In this document: piece by piece, positions 51,411 through 64,000 of the stretch | Numbering within the stretch: the stretch's first letter is position 1 | Layout of the letters: each line of letters starts with the position of its first letter | From: the human T2T-CHM13v2.0 reference genome, Homo sapiens | DNA length: 64,000 nucleotides | Strand: one strand, 5' to 3' | NCBI RefSeq assembly: GCF_009914755.1 | Contig: NC_060936.1 | Made by a program: the position numbers and the translations under genes | The notes under the pieces: model-generated | What the model was told of the DNA's origin: nothing | The model's database searches: none | The model's input: the letters and a program-made list of their open reading frames with translations, nothing else

Positions 51411-53636
51411 AAAATAACTGGATTTCAATTCCTTTCTCAGTATTTGAAGTCAAGCCAACTGCAGTTATTGGCCTCTAGATGTGTTCAAGCTGTCACTTTT
51501 TTTTTTTCATGAAAGTTATACAAATTAGAACATCAATGAATTGGAGAGATTTGAGAAAAAGAAAGAAGAGAATTAGAGGAACCAAAACCAGTTCATGGAC
51601 TTCTGCCCCATAGAATCCTAGGTTCCCTAAGTGACATAAAATACTTTGGGGCTATGTGTGGCTGGCAAAGTAAAATTACATTTTGGACATAAGTTGAATC
51701 TCTTGTTTGAAAATAAGTGAGTTTTTTCCTAGAGCAATAGAGCTTGCAAAAATGAAGCTCTGAAAGATGAACTATACTTAAAATTCACAGTACATGTGTG
51801 CCCCATGTCTTAGCATTTGAAAGTTTTTTCCCACATTGTCTCTTGGCATAATCAATGCTCATTTGACTTGTAGTGAGCCCATGGCTTGGAGTGCACCACT
51901 CAAGAACACACAGGGACTGGTAGAGTTATTTAGGAAGAGCCATTGGGAAATCTATTCTAATCCAAGTAATCTGTAATTTGAGGGATCCAATCTCTAAATG
52001 CATGCCAATTATACCTTAATTTTTCATTAAGTAAAATGGAATTTGTCACAAATGACTTGTGTTGATATATATGGGTCTAAAGTGCATTCAAGCTGGTAAC
52101 ACCATTAAATAAGCTGTGATACAGGACTCAGCATGTGATTTTTTTTTTTTTTTTACATAGAAATGAAATCAGTTGTCACCAAAGCTTTAAACAGAAGAGA
52201 GGAACCTTCCCCCTGCCTCAACCTCTCTAGTTTTATAGCTCCAAGCTACATCAGTATGTATAGACACCAGTATGCACAGACCTTTTAGAAACACTTTTAG
52301 ACCTTTTTAGAAAAGACTTGCCACCAAAATTAAAAATACTTACCAAACTAGATTGTAAAAGGAAAGATGTATGTTTTTACTTATTGCTTTTCAATTTTGA
52401 TAAATTTCAGGTGTATCATTCTCTGCATAGCTCATCACTGTGCTCTTTCAAATGTTTCCCTTCCCAGAAATACACACATATTTATATATAAGTGATATAT
52501 ATACACATGCATACATTCATATATATCACATATTTTATATATAATACATATACTTGCCAAATTAGCATTCACCAACACACATGCAAAAAATTATCTTCAT
52601 GAAATATTTTGTGCTTCCAGGTGAGGTGACAGGTCTGACTTCAGAAACCTGTCACTAAAGAGCTAGATAGCCTGGCAGTGCTTCAGATTTGCCAGTTGAA
52701 AACATGTTGGCCACAGGTTTTATTGTCCAGATCTGCTCAGTGAAACCCCACAGCAACAATGGTCATTACCAATAAGGCTACTAGATATTATCAGAGAATC
52801 TAGAGACCATAAATTGACATGCTGTATGCATAAATTTGCATATGGAATCAAGAAGCTCTTCATTCCAAGTGGGAAAATAAAGTGACTTCCTGAAAGCAGT
52901 GTTCTTATGTTTAATCTCAATGATCATGTCAGGACATCTGAAAGTTACAAGGCGTTGTGTCATGATGCTTTAGAAGGAGTGTGGTAGAAATGCCTGTGTT
53001 TCTAGTGACTGGCAGGGAATCAAGCTTCAGATCATGCATGCAGACACAAATGGGAAGAAAATATCGCTGTTGTTCCCGTTGGCTCCTTTTGCTACAGGAT
53101 AAACAAGATGAAAAATTTAATTTTATGTGTTTAATTAATCTAGTAACTACAGTTCAATATTGGTAGAGAAAGATTTGGACAAATCTTTCTGACTCCTACT
53201 ATTGTAATTTCTCTTCTATCATACTGTTTTAATATAATAAGCCATAATTGGGATGAATAAAGAAGTCAGAGAGAAATCACATCATGTTACAAGTATTTAG
53301 TAGATCCCTTTCCTACCCCACAGAGTTGTGAGAGATGCTCATGGAAGCTGAAAATAGCCAATGACTTGTTCATACTACTCCTGAGAAAAAGTACATTAGG
53401 AAAAGGCTGGCTCTGGCTTTTTCAACATATAAACCTGATCATAGTAGTTTCAGGTGCAAAAACAATTTAATGAAACTTCTTAAACACTCACATCCCATGG
53501 GCTTCCCATATCTATGTGGAATTGTCGAATTAAGGATTTTTGTATATTATTTTCAGTCATTTTTAACTTAGCCACACCAAGTGATATTGACATTTATAAA
53601 AATCTAACTCTTAATCATTAGGATGACTAAAAATGA

Positions 53637-54222
53637 CACATTGTCAGAGTTCTCCAGAGATACATAGCCAATAGGATGGATAGTTAGGTAAGATGGATGA
53701 TTGATAGATTAGTGGATGAGAAGAGATTTAATAGGGTAATTGGCTCATGTGATTCTGGAGCTTGAGAAGTCCCAGTATAGGCCTCCGCAAGCTGGAGGAC
53801 CAGGAAAGCTGATAGCATGGCTCAGTCCAAGTCTAAAGGTCTTAGAACAAGTGATTCCAATGGTATAAATCTCAGTCTAAATCTAAAGGCCTGAGAAAAT
53901 TAGGGCCTGCTGGTGCAAGTTCTGGAATCGAAAGCCCCCAAATCCTGGAGTGCTGATGTTCAAGGGCAGGGGAAGAAGAGTATCCCAGTTCTAGAAAACA
54001 GAAATTTCATGTTTTCTCTTCTTTTGTTCTATCTGGGACCTTAACCAATTGGATGGTGCTAGCTTACATTGAACGAGGGAAGATCTTCCTTATGTAGTTC
54101 ACTGATTTAAATGTCAGTATCTTCTGGAACACCCTCACAGGCATACCCCGAAATAATACTTTACCAGCTATCAGGGTATATCTTAATTCAGTCAAATTGA
54201 CACCTAAAATGTACCATCACAC
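53637..54222 (-). mobile_element. MLT2B-type ERVL solo LTR
   Basis: gtcagagttctccagaga...gccaatagga...aattggctcatgtgatt...gtcaaattgacacctaaaatgtaccatcaca. Confidence 0.88.
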
Positions 54223-54489
54223 ATATTATTCTAAACAGTGCCCTATATTCTTTTTTTAAATTTTATAATTATAGACTTTTATTTGGTCATTTAACACATA
54301 CTTGTTGAAAATGAAGTATGATCCAGGCATTGTGAAAAGCTTTGGGAATACAAAGAGTATTCTCCCCAAGTATTTCAAAAATCTTAGTTCTTATAACAAA
54401 CTGTAAATCCAGTTTGTCACAATATTCCTCATAACTGCTGTTGCATATTTCATGGAAAGGGTGTGTACATGATGTCAACAGCCCCAGTA

Positions 54490-54700
54490 GGGAAATCAGT
54501 GGACCTGAGTTAGAATACTGGCTCTGCTTCTGCTGAGTGGCCTTGGATAAGACAGTGAAGAGTTAAACTTTTAAACTCATTTCCTCATTTATGAAATAGA
54601 GATGTAATGATACCTATATTACTTGGGGTTACTGTAAGAATGAAATGAATTAGGATCACGTCAAATGTCTAAGAGTGGCCTGCATTGAGCTGACATTATA
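54490..54700 (+). mobile_element. MIR SINE
   Basis: gacctgagtt...ggctctgct...ccttggataag...ctcatttcctcatttatgaaat. Confidence 0.65.
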
Positions 54701-55276
54701 CATAGTAGCTATTTTCAAAGAATGGCCAAATGAGGCAGCTCTTTCTTTTTTCAACAGTTTTAGCTGCCATGTAGTTCTGAAATCTGCTTCCCTGTAAATT
54801 CCAACCATCGGAACTCATTATGCTCACTGGAGCAGATAAGCTTAATTCCTTCTTCCACATGAACACCCTTAAGATATCAGGACACAGTTTCCAGCCATCT
54901 ACATTTTTTCCCAACTGAGCAACTGCAATGAACTTTTGTTGTTCCTTAATTATTTTTTTCTTAAGTGTAATGAATATGTTAGAACCTTCAAAACCTATTC
55001 ACACCAGAGTGGAAATCAGAAGAGAATGGAACATTTTGTACCTAATTCAGACCTGTTTAGCAACAGAAACTAGAAAGTAACATATCCTCCAAGTTTTACT
55101 CATAAGATAAACCCTCATAAACATTCACCAAGGCATTCATCTCCTAGCCCATCTCCAGACTGATGGCTGAGTAATGCTATTAACACAAACATGTTATTTT
55201 ACTCATCACCATATATAAAACTGCTTAGCTTAGTGCAGTGATCCATAAACTTTTAGTCTCCTAACCACTTTACCCC

Positions 55277-55949
55277 TGTAGAGGCCAAGGGAAAACTTTC
55301 CTTTTACCCTCTGAAGTTTCACTGAAAAAAAACCAACCCACGAAAGGCAGATTAATTGGAGAAAATTTGGAATAATTGGATTAAAAGGAGAAATTTTATT
55401 TGATCATGTAGTTTTATGTGACATGGGAACCTTCAGAATGAAGACCTAAAGATACAGGACAAATTGTCCACTTTTATGCTTAGGTTCAACTAAATGTGGG
55501 CAGCCATGTAGAAATATGACTGGATAAAAAAGGGTATAATGGGACGCTAAAAGACTTTGGAGAAATCTTGCAAGTCCTCTTGGTCTAGACCCTTCTTGGC
55601 CTCTCTGTGCAGCTCTCCCTTCCTCTGGGTATGGGGCAGGACCTGCTCTGGAATGGGGATCTTATGACCTACAGTCAAACACTGTAGGCCAGATAATTTC
55701 TTTATGGCCAATTTTTACACAGAAAGGTGGAGGGAAAGTTAGAGTAACATTTTCAGGTTTTTAGGCTAGCTTTGGAAAAAAAAAGGGTTCTGGTTACTAT
55801 ACCTGCCATCAGGAAGGAGGATTCTAGTTTCTATGTCTGATCTTGGGGGGTTAGAATGGGACTGAGAGACAGAAGGGCAGGAGAAAGTCAGAGACCAACT
55901 TTTGCCTCTGAGGGCTTAATTTGGGGGTATTGTTTTCTGAGTCCTAACA
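55277..55949 (-). mobile_element. MER39-family ERV1 solo LTR
   Basis: Reverse complement starts tgttaggactcagaaaacaataccccc...cagtcccattcta...agaaactagaatcc. TG...CA ends. Confidence 0.85.
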
Positions 55950-56036
55950 CCACCAAAAACTTACTGATGATGCCCAAAAGCTTTGCTTATATAGGTTAAA
56001 TCTAAGTTTATTTACTGCATTAGAAACTAAAGTTGA

Positions 56037-56340
<304 letters not shown>

Positions 56341-58332
56341 AGAAACTAAAGCTGAAACACATATTAATTTAAAATAACAATAGCTCTATTATTAATACAA
56401 ATAACATTTTTTAATGAAAGGCAATACCTTCTCCAAAACAAAAAGTGAACAGAAATTATTTTTGTAAACCTTTTAAATATTTAAATTAATAAAAGTCAAC
56501 TAAATTTTATGTTTCTGGAATCAGCTTTGATATAAATTGTTTTAGTTGAAGTATGTGACAAAAATCATGTCACTATGTAGCTGCAAAAATCATATGTAGT
56601 TGATAAACAACTACATCTATTTAGTCATCTCTTTTAGGTAATTGTGAATATTCTTTGCTACTACATCAATCTCAACAAATGGTAGTTTCTTACAGGATAG
56701 TTGGAAGGTATAATCCAAAATATCAATGATATTTTTCATTCTGTTAAGTTAAAATCAATTGGTCTAATTCACACTTTAAAATAAATTTTACTTATGTATC
56801 ACTCTGTAATATTACGATTTGGTTATATATAAAATACTGGTTCACTAAATAATACCAATATTCAAAATGTTGATCCATTTCATTATACAATATTTTTAAA
56901 ATTCACATTCATTGATATCACCCCAAATCTCAGCAGAAAAGTTTTAAATAATGGAAGCTGTCAAGCTCACAGAAGCAGATGTAAGTTTTCCAAAGTTCTA
57001 ATTTTTTTCTTGAAAGTTTGAATTTTATCATTGGTAACAATTATTGTCAGCTGTTTTTCTTGCCGTTGACAAGTTCACTGCATTTATTTTCAAGATAGTG
57101 TCTGCCAAATATACCTCAGTATTCTAAAACCAACTTTGATATTATAGACTATCTAAAAGAGTCCTGGGACACAGGGATTCACAGACTACACTTTGAGAAC
57201 TGCTGTCTTGGCCTTCAGTACAGCCCCCACAAGTTGCAGCGTGCCTTCTTCCCTTGCTGTATCTCTAATCTGCTTTGGCTTTCCCACAACTGCTCTCTAT
57301 AAATCCTGAACTCTCTCAACCGAATGTCTGAGTATTCTAGGTCCCTCTCACACTTCTCTGCCTGGAGTACACTGTTAAAGACCCATTGTCTTGGACAAAA
57401 TTCATGAAAACTTTCCTGAATCTTTTCATGTATTATTAACATTTATTAACAATTCCTTCCAAGAGTCTCTGCTATATACCGATTGTACTTACTTTTAGCA
57501 TAAACCTTCCACAATTTTATAGCTTTTCCTTTTAGAGAGTTACTCAAATAAAGGGACTCTGTCTTATTACTGTGTATATATCAAAGAAAATTCTAGCTCT
57601 ACCAATTATTAGGTGGAACAATTTCTTAACTACTCCTTGCTTTTGATTTTTCATCTGTAAAATGGAGCACTACTTAACTCAGAGAAATATTGTGAAGTTA
57701 AAGAAAATGCATATGTCTGCCAAAACATTTAGTAATATACATTTATATAATCACAACATAAGATATTAATTATAACCATTAATATGTTCTAGTAATTACA
57801 TATAATTTATAAAACCATACACCTTATTTTGCCCCAAAGCAAAATAGAAGTATTAATACTTTTTGAGGAACTACCCCATTGATGAGAGAATTCCTGTTTC
57901 AATACCAAAATAATTAGACAGATTTGAGTCTATGAAACTATGCGTTTACAAAAGTTTCTTGTCTTGCAGTTTTCTATCTATAACCTAAATTCTAGGAAAA
58001 AAATTGGTTAATTTTTTATCTTTTCATGAACTCCTTTGGTAATCAGACACACTAAGGCATATTTACAGAACCCGCCAGTCATAAATTCTTCTAATAGAAA
58101 CTATTCTACCTCAACTTCTGCTGTTTAGAGGTACCTGCCTTAAACAATATAATTCTGCTCTCCTGTCAGGTCTTCTGACCAGGAATGCCCAACTGACAAG
58201 GAGGCAGCAAATCCAAAGGATATTCAGTGACCTCTGACTTTATGGCCAATGACGTGTCAAGTGAGAACATTTGAGCTAGGCTGATCAAATTCGCCTGGTA
58301 AACTGAGTTGGGAAAAACTCAAGTTATAGTCC

Positions 58333-58697
58333 TGTATTCGTCTGTTCTCATGCTGCTAACAAAGAAATATCCGAGACTGGGCAATTTATAAAGGAAAGAA
58401 GTTTCATGGCAGAAAAAGAGATTTCATGGACTCACAGTTCCACATGGCTGAGGAGGCCTCACAATCCCGGCAGAAAATGAAGGAAGAGCAAAGGCGCATC
58501 CTGGTGGCAGGCAAAAAGGCTTGTTCAGGGGAACTCCCATTTATAAAACCATCAGATCTCGTGAGACTTATTTACTACCAGGAGATAGTGTGAGGGAAAC
58601 TGCCCCTGTGATTCAATTATCTCCACCTGGCCCCACCCTTGACAGGTGGGGATTATTACAATTCAAGGTGAGATTTGGACACAGCCAAACCCTATCA
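58333..58697 (-). mobile_element. THE1 (B/C-like) MaLR solo LTR
   Basis: tgtattcgtctgttctcatgctgcta...gactcacagttccacatggctg...aaaaccatcagatctcgtgaga...acaattcaaggtgagatttgg. Confidence 0.9.
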
Positions 58698-58734
58698 AAC
58701 CCTAAGGTGAAAGAATTTCTAGGAGTATTTTTGT

Positions 58735-60009
58735 GATTCCCCACCTCCAAGTCTACTCACCTACCCACACTCTGCCTCACTTCCTTTACCACAGATGTTC
58801 TTACTGATTATTCGTACTTAAGGCTAACCCATCCACTGGTGCATTCAATCCTATCCTCTCATATTTATTCAAGAATATCAGTCTAGCAAATCTCTCCTCT
58901 TTTTTCAACATCATTTTTCCTCTCTGCTAAATCATTTTCATGAACATTTGAATATACTGTAATTTCTCCTATATAATGATAAAACAAGTCTTCTCTTGAC
59001 TCCACATTTTTCCTCTAACTACTATCCTATTTCTTTTTTTCTTTCTGGGACAAAATTTCTGGGAAAAATAATCTATAATAGATGTTATAATAGAGTTCTC
59101 TAATTTCCTGACCCCTCAAGCTTTTATCCCACTACCCCAGAGGTGAACTTTTAAACTTCCTCTTCCTTTATGCTGGCAGTCAGGTCACTCTCTTTAAATA
59201 CTTTCATTCACTTGTTCTGCAGGAGATAATACTTGCCTGAGTTTCCCTCTACTTCACGAATCTCTTTTCAAATTTCTTTACCTGTTTTCTTCTTGTTCTC
59301 ATGCATTAAGGCAGCTTTTTTTCTTTTCTGTGTAAATTGGTTCTGTTAACATATTCATCCAGTCAGGCAATTTTATATAATATCTATATGCTGATGATTC
59401 CCACATTTTAAATCTTTGGTTTACACCATTCCCCTTACCTCCAGATTTCAAAGGTCCACCTGGGTTTCTCCCTACTTCTGCACTTACCCCTCCAAACAAC
59501 ACTCATATTAATGCAATATTCAGAGTTATCCTTTTATAGAGTCAGTCAAAGGACTCTTCCTCTGAAGGTCTCTCATGCAGAGTAAAAGCCAAAATCTCTG
59601 CAGTGACCCGGAAGTTTCGACATGATCTGCTTCATCTCCTCCCTCTTATTTCTCTGAGTTATCTGCTATTCTTCCCCTTAGTCTCATGACTCCCATCTAG
59701 CATAATTCTGATTCAGAGGTTTTACAAATATTCTTACCTCTGCTTGGAATTCTCTTCTCTTAGATATTTCTTTGGCTTGCTCTTATGTCCTTCACAACTT
59801 TGCTCGAAGTTTACTTTATTAGTGAGGGTATCCATGACCCCCTTATGAACTCCCTACCTTCTCACCCACTGTGGTCCGCACCTTCTTCCTTGCTGTGTTT
59901 TCTACCATAATACTTAACCCAATCTAATATACTCTTTTGTTTAATTAAACTTTGGTTATCTTTTCATTAATATCGGCTTCTAGAATATGTTTCATGAAGT
60001 CAGGGATAG
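58735..60009 (+). mobile_element. L2a fragment
   Basis: atctatatgctgatgattcccacattt (YADD-like RT motif), gagtaaaagccaaaatc, cctctgcttggaattctctt. Confidence 0.7.
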
Positions 60010-60518
60010 TCTTAGGGTTCTCCACAGCTTCACTAAACTTTGACAGTTTTCTTCCTGACTTTAATCCCTGGTCCCCCTTTTCATAGCACATTTACTTTAG
60101 AAAACTCGCAATTGTAAATTGTTTTTCTGTCCCTTTTAGATGTAAATTTTCTCCTAGACTCTCGCTGGTTTTATAAGCCAGGGAGCCATTCCTTTGAAAG
60201 GTAATCACCAAGAAATATAGAGCCTGTATTTCCCATTCTCTGTGGAGGGGGTAGGAACCTAACTTTGATAAGTACCAATTAGCAAACACAGATGCCCTAA
60301 TTACGTTGACCAACCTCTCCCCTAACACCCTCTAGTACTTTTCCACTAGCTTACCTAAATCCTTAAACGTTGAGAGTTTTACCTTAAAAATTCTCTTGCC
60401 TTTTTGTTTTAATTATGTTCACTGCAGTTCTACACTGAAGTCTCTTTTCCCTACTGCAGTAGCATGAATAAAATGTCTGGTCATTTTTAGTAAGTGTCCA
60501 GTGCAATTTTTCTTTAAC
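60010..60518 (+). mobile_element. MER67-family ERV1 solo LTR
   Basis: catttactttagaaaactcgcaattgtaaatt...ccaattagcaaacacagatg...aataaaatgtc...tgtccagtgcaatttttctttaac. Confidence 0.75.
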
Positions 60519-61101
60519 TTTCCCTGTGAGGGAAAGGGTATCTGCACATAGCATATGCTCAAGAAATGTTTATTTAGTGACTGTGTAATGGCTGCAAAGC
60601 TTTGTGGGAGCTAAAATTTTTAGAGGGTAGGAAAGAACCATAGACGACCTGGATCCTAGTAGAGAGAGGGAGAATGTAAAGCATATGCTTGGAGAATAGA
60701 GAGAGGGAAGGAACGGGGAAGGGAAAGAGAAGCAGAGACTGTCTGTGGGCTGCCTCTATGGGTTTCTGTTCTAGTACACACATTTCTTCACAATAAATCT
60801 GTTTTTTGTTAAATATGGTAGAGTGAAATTCTGAATCTCTGATCCTTGTCATTAGGTAAGCCTAATTAGGCTTTTCTATTAGGCCACAATCTCCTATATT
60901 TCATCTTTGAATTTGGAAAGCCCAGCATTGCATTGTACCCACTACTAATCAGGCATTCACTGGCAAAATTTTGAATACAAATATCATCTTTCTGTTCCAC
61001 CTTCCTCATAAATGAGTCTTCTAATAGTTTATGAGGAGATTATAGGGAAAAAAATTCAATGTGGTTGATATCGGATAGATTTTTTCCTTGAGATAGAAAT
61101 A

Positions 61102-62107
61102 CAGTATGCCCCCTTATCTGCCAGGGATTTGTTCCGTTACTCCCAGTGAATTACTGAAATCATGGATAGTACTGAATCCTATAGATACTATGGTTTTTCC
61201 TGTACACACATACCTATGATAAAGTTTAACTTATAAATTAGGTATGAAACCACCTTTGCAAAATTATGACTAAGACAGTGAAAGAGATCTAACCTAATTG
61301 ACTCCATCTTCTAACCTTTAAGAAGTCCTTGTTCCTTCCTAGGCGTAGGTTAAACTAACTTTGGGAGGAATTTAGTTTATAGTTTAAAACAAAGATGAAA
61401 GTGGCCTTTTCCCAAAACAAATCTCCTTCTTGCCGGGGTACTTGACTGCCTTTGTAGGATTAACAAATTAGCCACAAGATTAGAAATTACGGTTTAGGAG
61501 TCATGCAGCTGGAGGCCTCAAGATTCGGACCCTCCATAAACTACTCCTAAGATCAGTGCTTGAGATATTTTGCAGACCCTGCAGTTGATGGATCAGCTGG
61601 CACCACCCCAGTCGATAAACTGGCTCATCTGATCTTGTAGCCCCCAACCAGAAACTGACTCAGCGCAAGAGGACAGCTCCAATTCCCTATTTCATTTCCT
61701 ACCTAACCAATCAGCACTCCTGATTCACTGGCTTCCCTCCACCCACCAAGTTGTCCTTAAAAACTCTGATCCCCGAATGCTCCGGGAAACAGATTTGAAT
61801 AATAATAAAACTCTGGTCTCCCGCACAGCTGGCTCTGTGTGAATTACTCTTTCTCTATTGCAATTCCCCTGTCTTGATAAATTGGCTCTGTCTAGGCAGC
61901 GGGCCAGGTGAACCCACTGGGTGGTTATAGGCACAACAGAAGAGTAACAAAAATAACTAATAATAGAACAGAAAAATTATAACAATATACTGTAAACGAT
62001 ATGCGAATGGTGTGTCTCTCCTTGTCGCTCTCAAAATATCTTCTTGTACCATACCGAGGGTAACTGAAACCATAGAAAATGACATAGCAGATAAGGGGAG
62101 ACTACTG
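61102..62107 (-). mobile_element. MER44 (Tigger7-derived) DNA transposon, split by LTR8
   Basis: TIRs cagtatgcccccttatctgc ... gcagataaggggagactactg with TA TSDs (61100-61101, 62108-62109). Confidence 0.85.
61245..61929 (+). mobile_element. LTR8 ERV1 solo LTR
   Basis: tgaaaccacctttgcaaaattatgactaagacagtgaaagagatctaacc...aataaaactctggtctcccgcacagc...gggtggttata. TSD ggta / ggca. Confidence 0.9.
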
Positions 62108-64000
62108 TAATATCTTCAAATACCAGCAGAAACAAATCAAAGTCCTTTTGAAGTTGGTAATTATTAATTGAGTCTAACACAAATTTTCAGTTATTAGAAG
62201 TCAGACTGGAGGCAACTTAGCAAACTTCTAGGCCTCCTAATTAGAGAAAAATACATTTAGACTTTGAGCTCCAATTTTATTATCACTTCTTTAAATTTTG
62301 CCAACATAGGATGGCAGGGTTTGCTGGCAAATCCAATAAAAGCTCTCAGAGCCAATAGTCAATATGTAGATAGCATAGGGACACATTTTTGCTCTTCTTC
62401 AATGACTCTGCTACCCTCTAGCTTTTCCATTTTCATCCTTCCAATCAGACACTTTCTTACAGCTGAGTGAATTGTCTTATACTATGGTTGTCATAAAGCA
62501 GCAGATCTCCTTGTTTTCTTCTCATTATATATATATATATGTATATATGTATGTATGTATTTTAGAAAGCAGAATGTCATTCTGCATAGTTTCACAGTGC
62601 CATTTTTACCCAGTTAACTTCAATGAACTCTGTGTCAATTCACCACAAAATGGGACCCATTTCCCTTCTTTAGAATACAGAAGTCTTTAATATACTTATA
62701 TTTCTCTCTTCTATAAAACAACAAAACTTTTCTAAAGGATACACAAGTCTCCCATGCTAATTATTTTAGCAATTTGCCGGGATAGAAGGTAGATTTTATG
62801 CTTCTATTTATTGATCTATTTTAACTGAACAAATCTTTGTATAAAATAATTCCTTTTTTAAACAGTCAAGTGAGATGTGAGGAAAGCATCTGCCTTTGAC
62901 TCTAACTCAGGGCCACTTTAGGACCAGGTCTAAAGGGATGTATATAGAATGATTCATGATAAGACTAAAGATATGGAATTTGTCTCTTTTCCTAAGGTCC
63001 AAATGTCAAAGCTCAATCGAGATTCTTAAAGCAGTCTTCAGCCATAGGTTTCTAAAAAACAATGCTCTATATCCAATTCTCAGCAGATTAGACCTGCCCT
63101 AGCTAAATGCTAAATAAAAGCCAAGAACAGACTACATGAACAGGAGCCAGAGGGGATATGTTTTTCTGTAAAAGGGTCAAATACATGGTTCAAATCAAAG
63201 TCCCACGGCGTACTTGTTTCTTAGAAGAGGGAAGTATCTGTACTGAGCACTGTGGATTGTCCAGTGGGACTACAGCATGTTTTATCAGACCTCTATTATG
63301 TACAGGATTCACAGAAGGCTGGAAACATAATACATATAAACCACCCACATGGGTGCACGCACACACATTCACCTAATCATGTAACAATCTGCTTTCATTT
63401 GGCAAAAGCAAAACTATTCAATGGTAAAGACTGAATGACCTCTCAGGAGACAAGCTTTGGAACATCATTTATTAATATTACTGTGACATGCTCAAAAATT
63501 GCATGTCTTTTATACTCTATGGGAAATGTGATCAGATCATAGCAATAAGAAATGGGATTTTCCCTATCACGACTGCATGCTCATATTTTTCTTGTTTTAC
63601 TTTAGCTCTTAATTATATTTAACATTTGTTAATACATGTTCACAACTAGGTAAGGCCTATACCCTGCTGAGATATACTATATCTGCTCTTGCCTAGCAGG
63701 ATTTCTCCTGACATTTCAAGTAAACTATGTAGATGTATTTTCTACTTTTTAATTTTGGGGAAAATTATAGGAAGGCTAATGTATTGTGGTTTGATTCAAG
63801 ATATGAATAAAGAAAAAGTCTCCCAGAAAATGTCTTGGTTAAAAACATTAAAATGACTTATTGGTTGAAATTATGATTAGGAAGGGTTGAGCTCAGCTGT
63901 GATAAGTGCTTTTTAATAATTATTCTAATAAACTGCACTACCCTGGGAAGTATGGTAATTGGGTTGGAATATTATTTGTAGTCCTGATTAGCATTCTGGA

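Overview
This is AT-rich, Alu-poor (3 Alus in 64 kb) catarrhine-primate genomic DNA (human-like, since it carries L1PA5/6/7 and AluS). It reads as intergenic or deep intronic sequence. I find no convincing host protein-coding exon, RNA gene or CRISPR array. The recognisable ORFs are decayed LINE remnants. Much of the window is interspersed repeat: a full-length but dead L1PA7 (about 4.95-11.4 kb), truncated L1PA6 and L1PA5 copies, three AluS, many MaLR/ERVL/ERV1 solo LTRs (MLT1, MLT2, THE1, MER34, MER39, MER67, LTR8), DNA transposon fossils (Charlie1a, MER44, MER5A), and ancient L1M, L2, MIR, L3 and a probable RTE LINE. I cannot support a new biological system. The strongest observations are mutational fossils read directly from the sequence: (1) a 118-bp copy of an MLT1E LTR segment from 2.8 kb downstream is pasted into an Alu with a flanking duplication; (2) an L1PA6 has an ultra-short (~19 nt) twin-priming inversion; (3) an L1PA5 has a 14-nt 3' micro-transduction and no target-site duplication (TSD); (4) two A-B-A'-B' interleaved inverted repeats. 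Several unique segments have enhancer-like motif clusters, which is inference only. Repeat subfamily names come from recalled consensus sequences. Boundaries of old elements are approximate.
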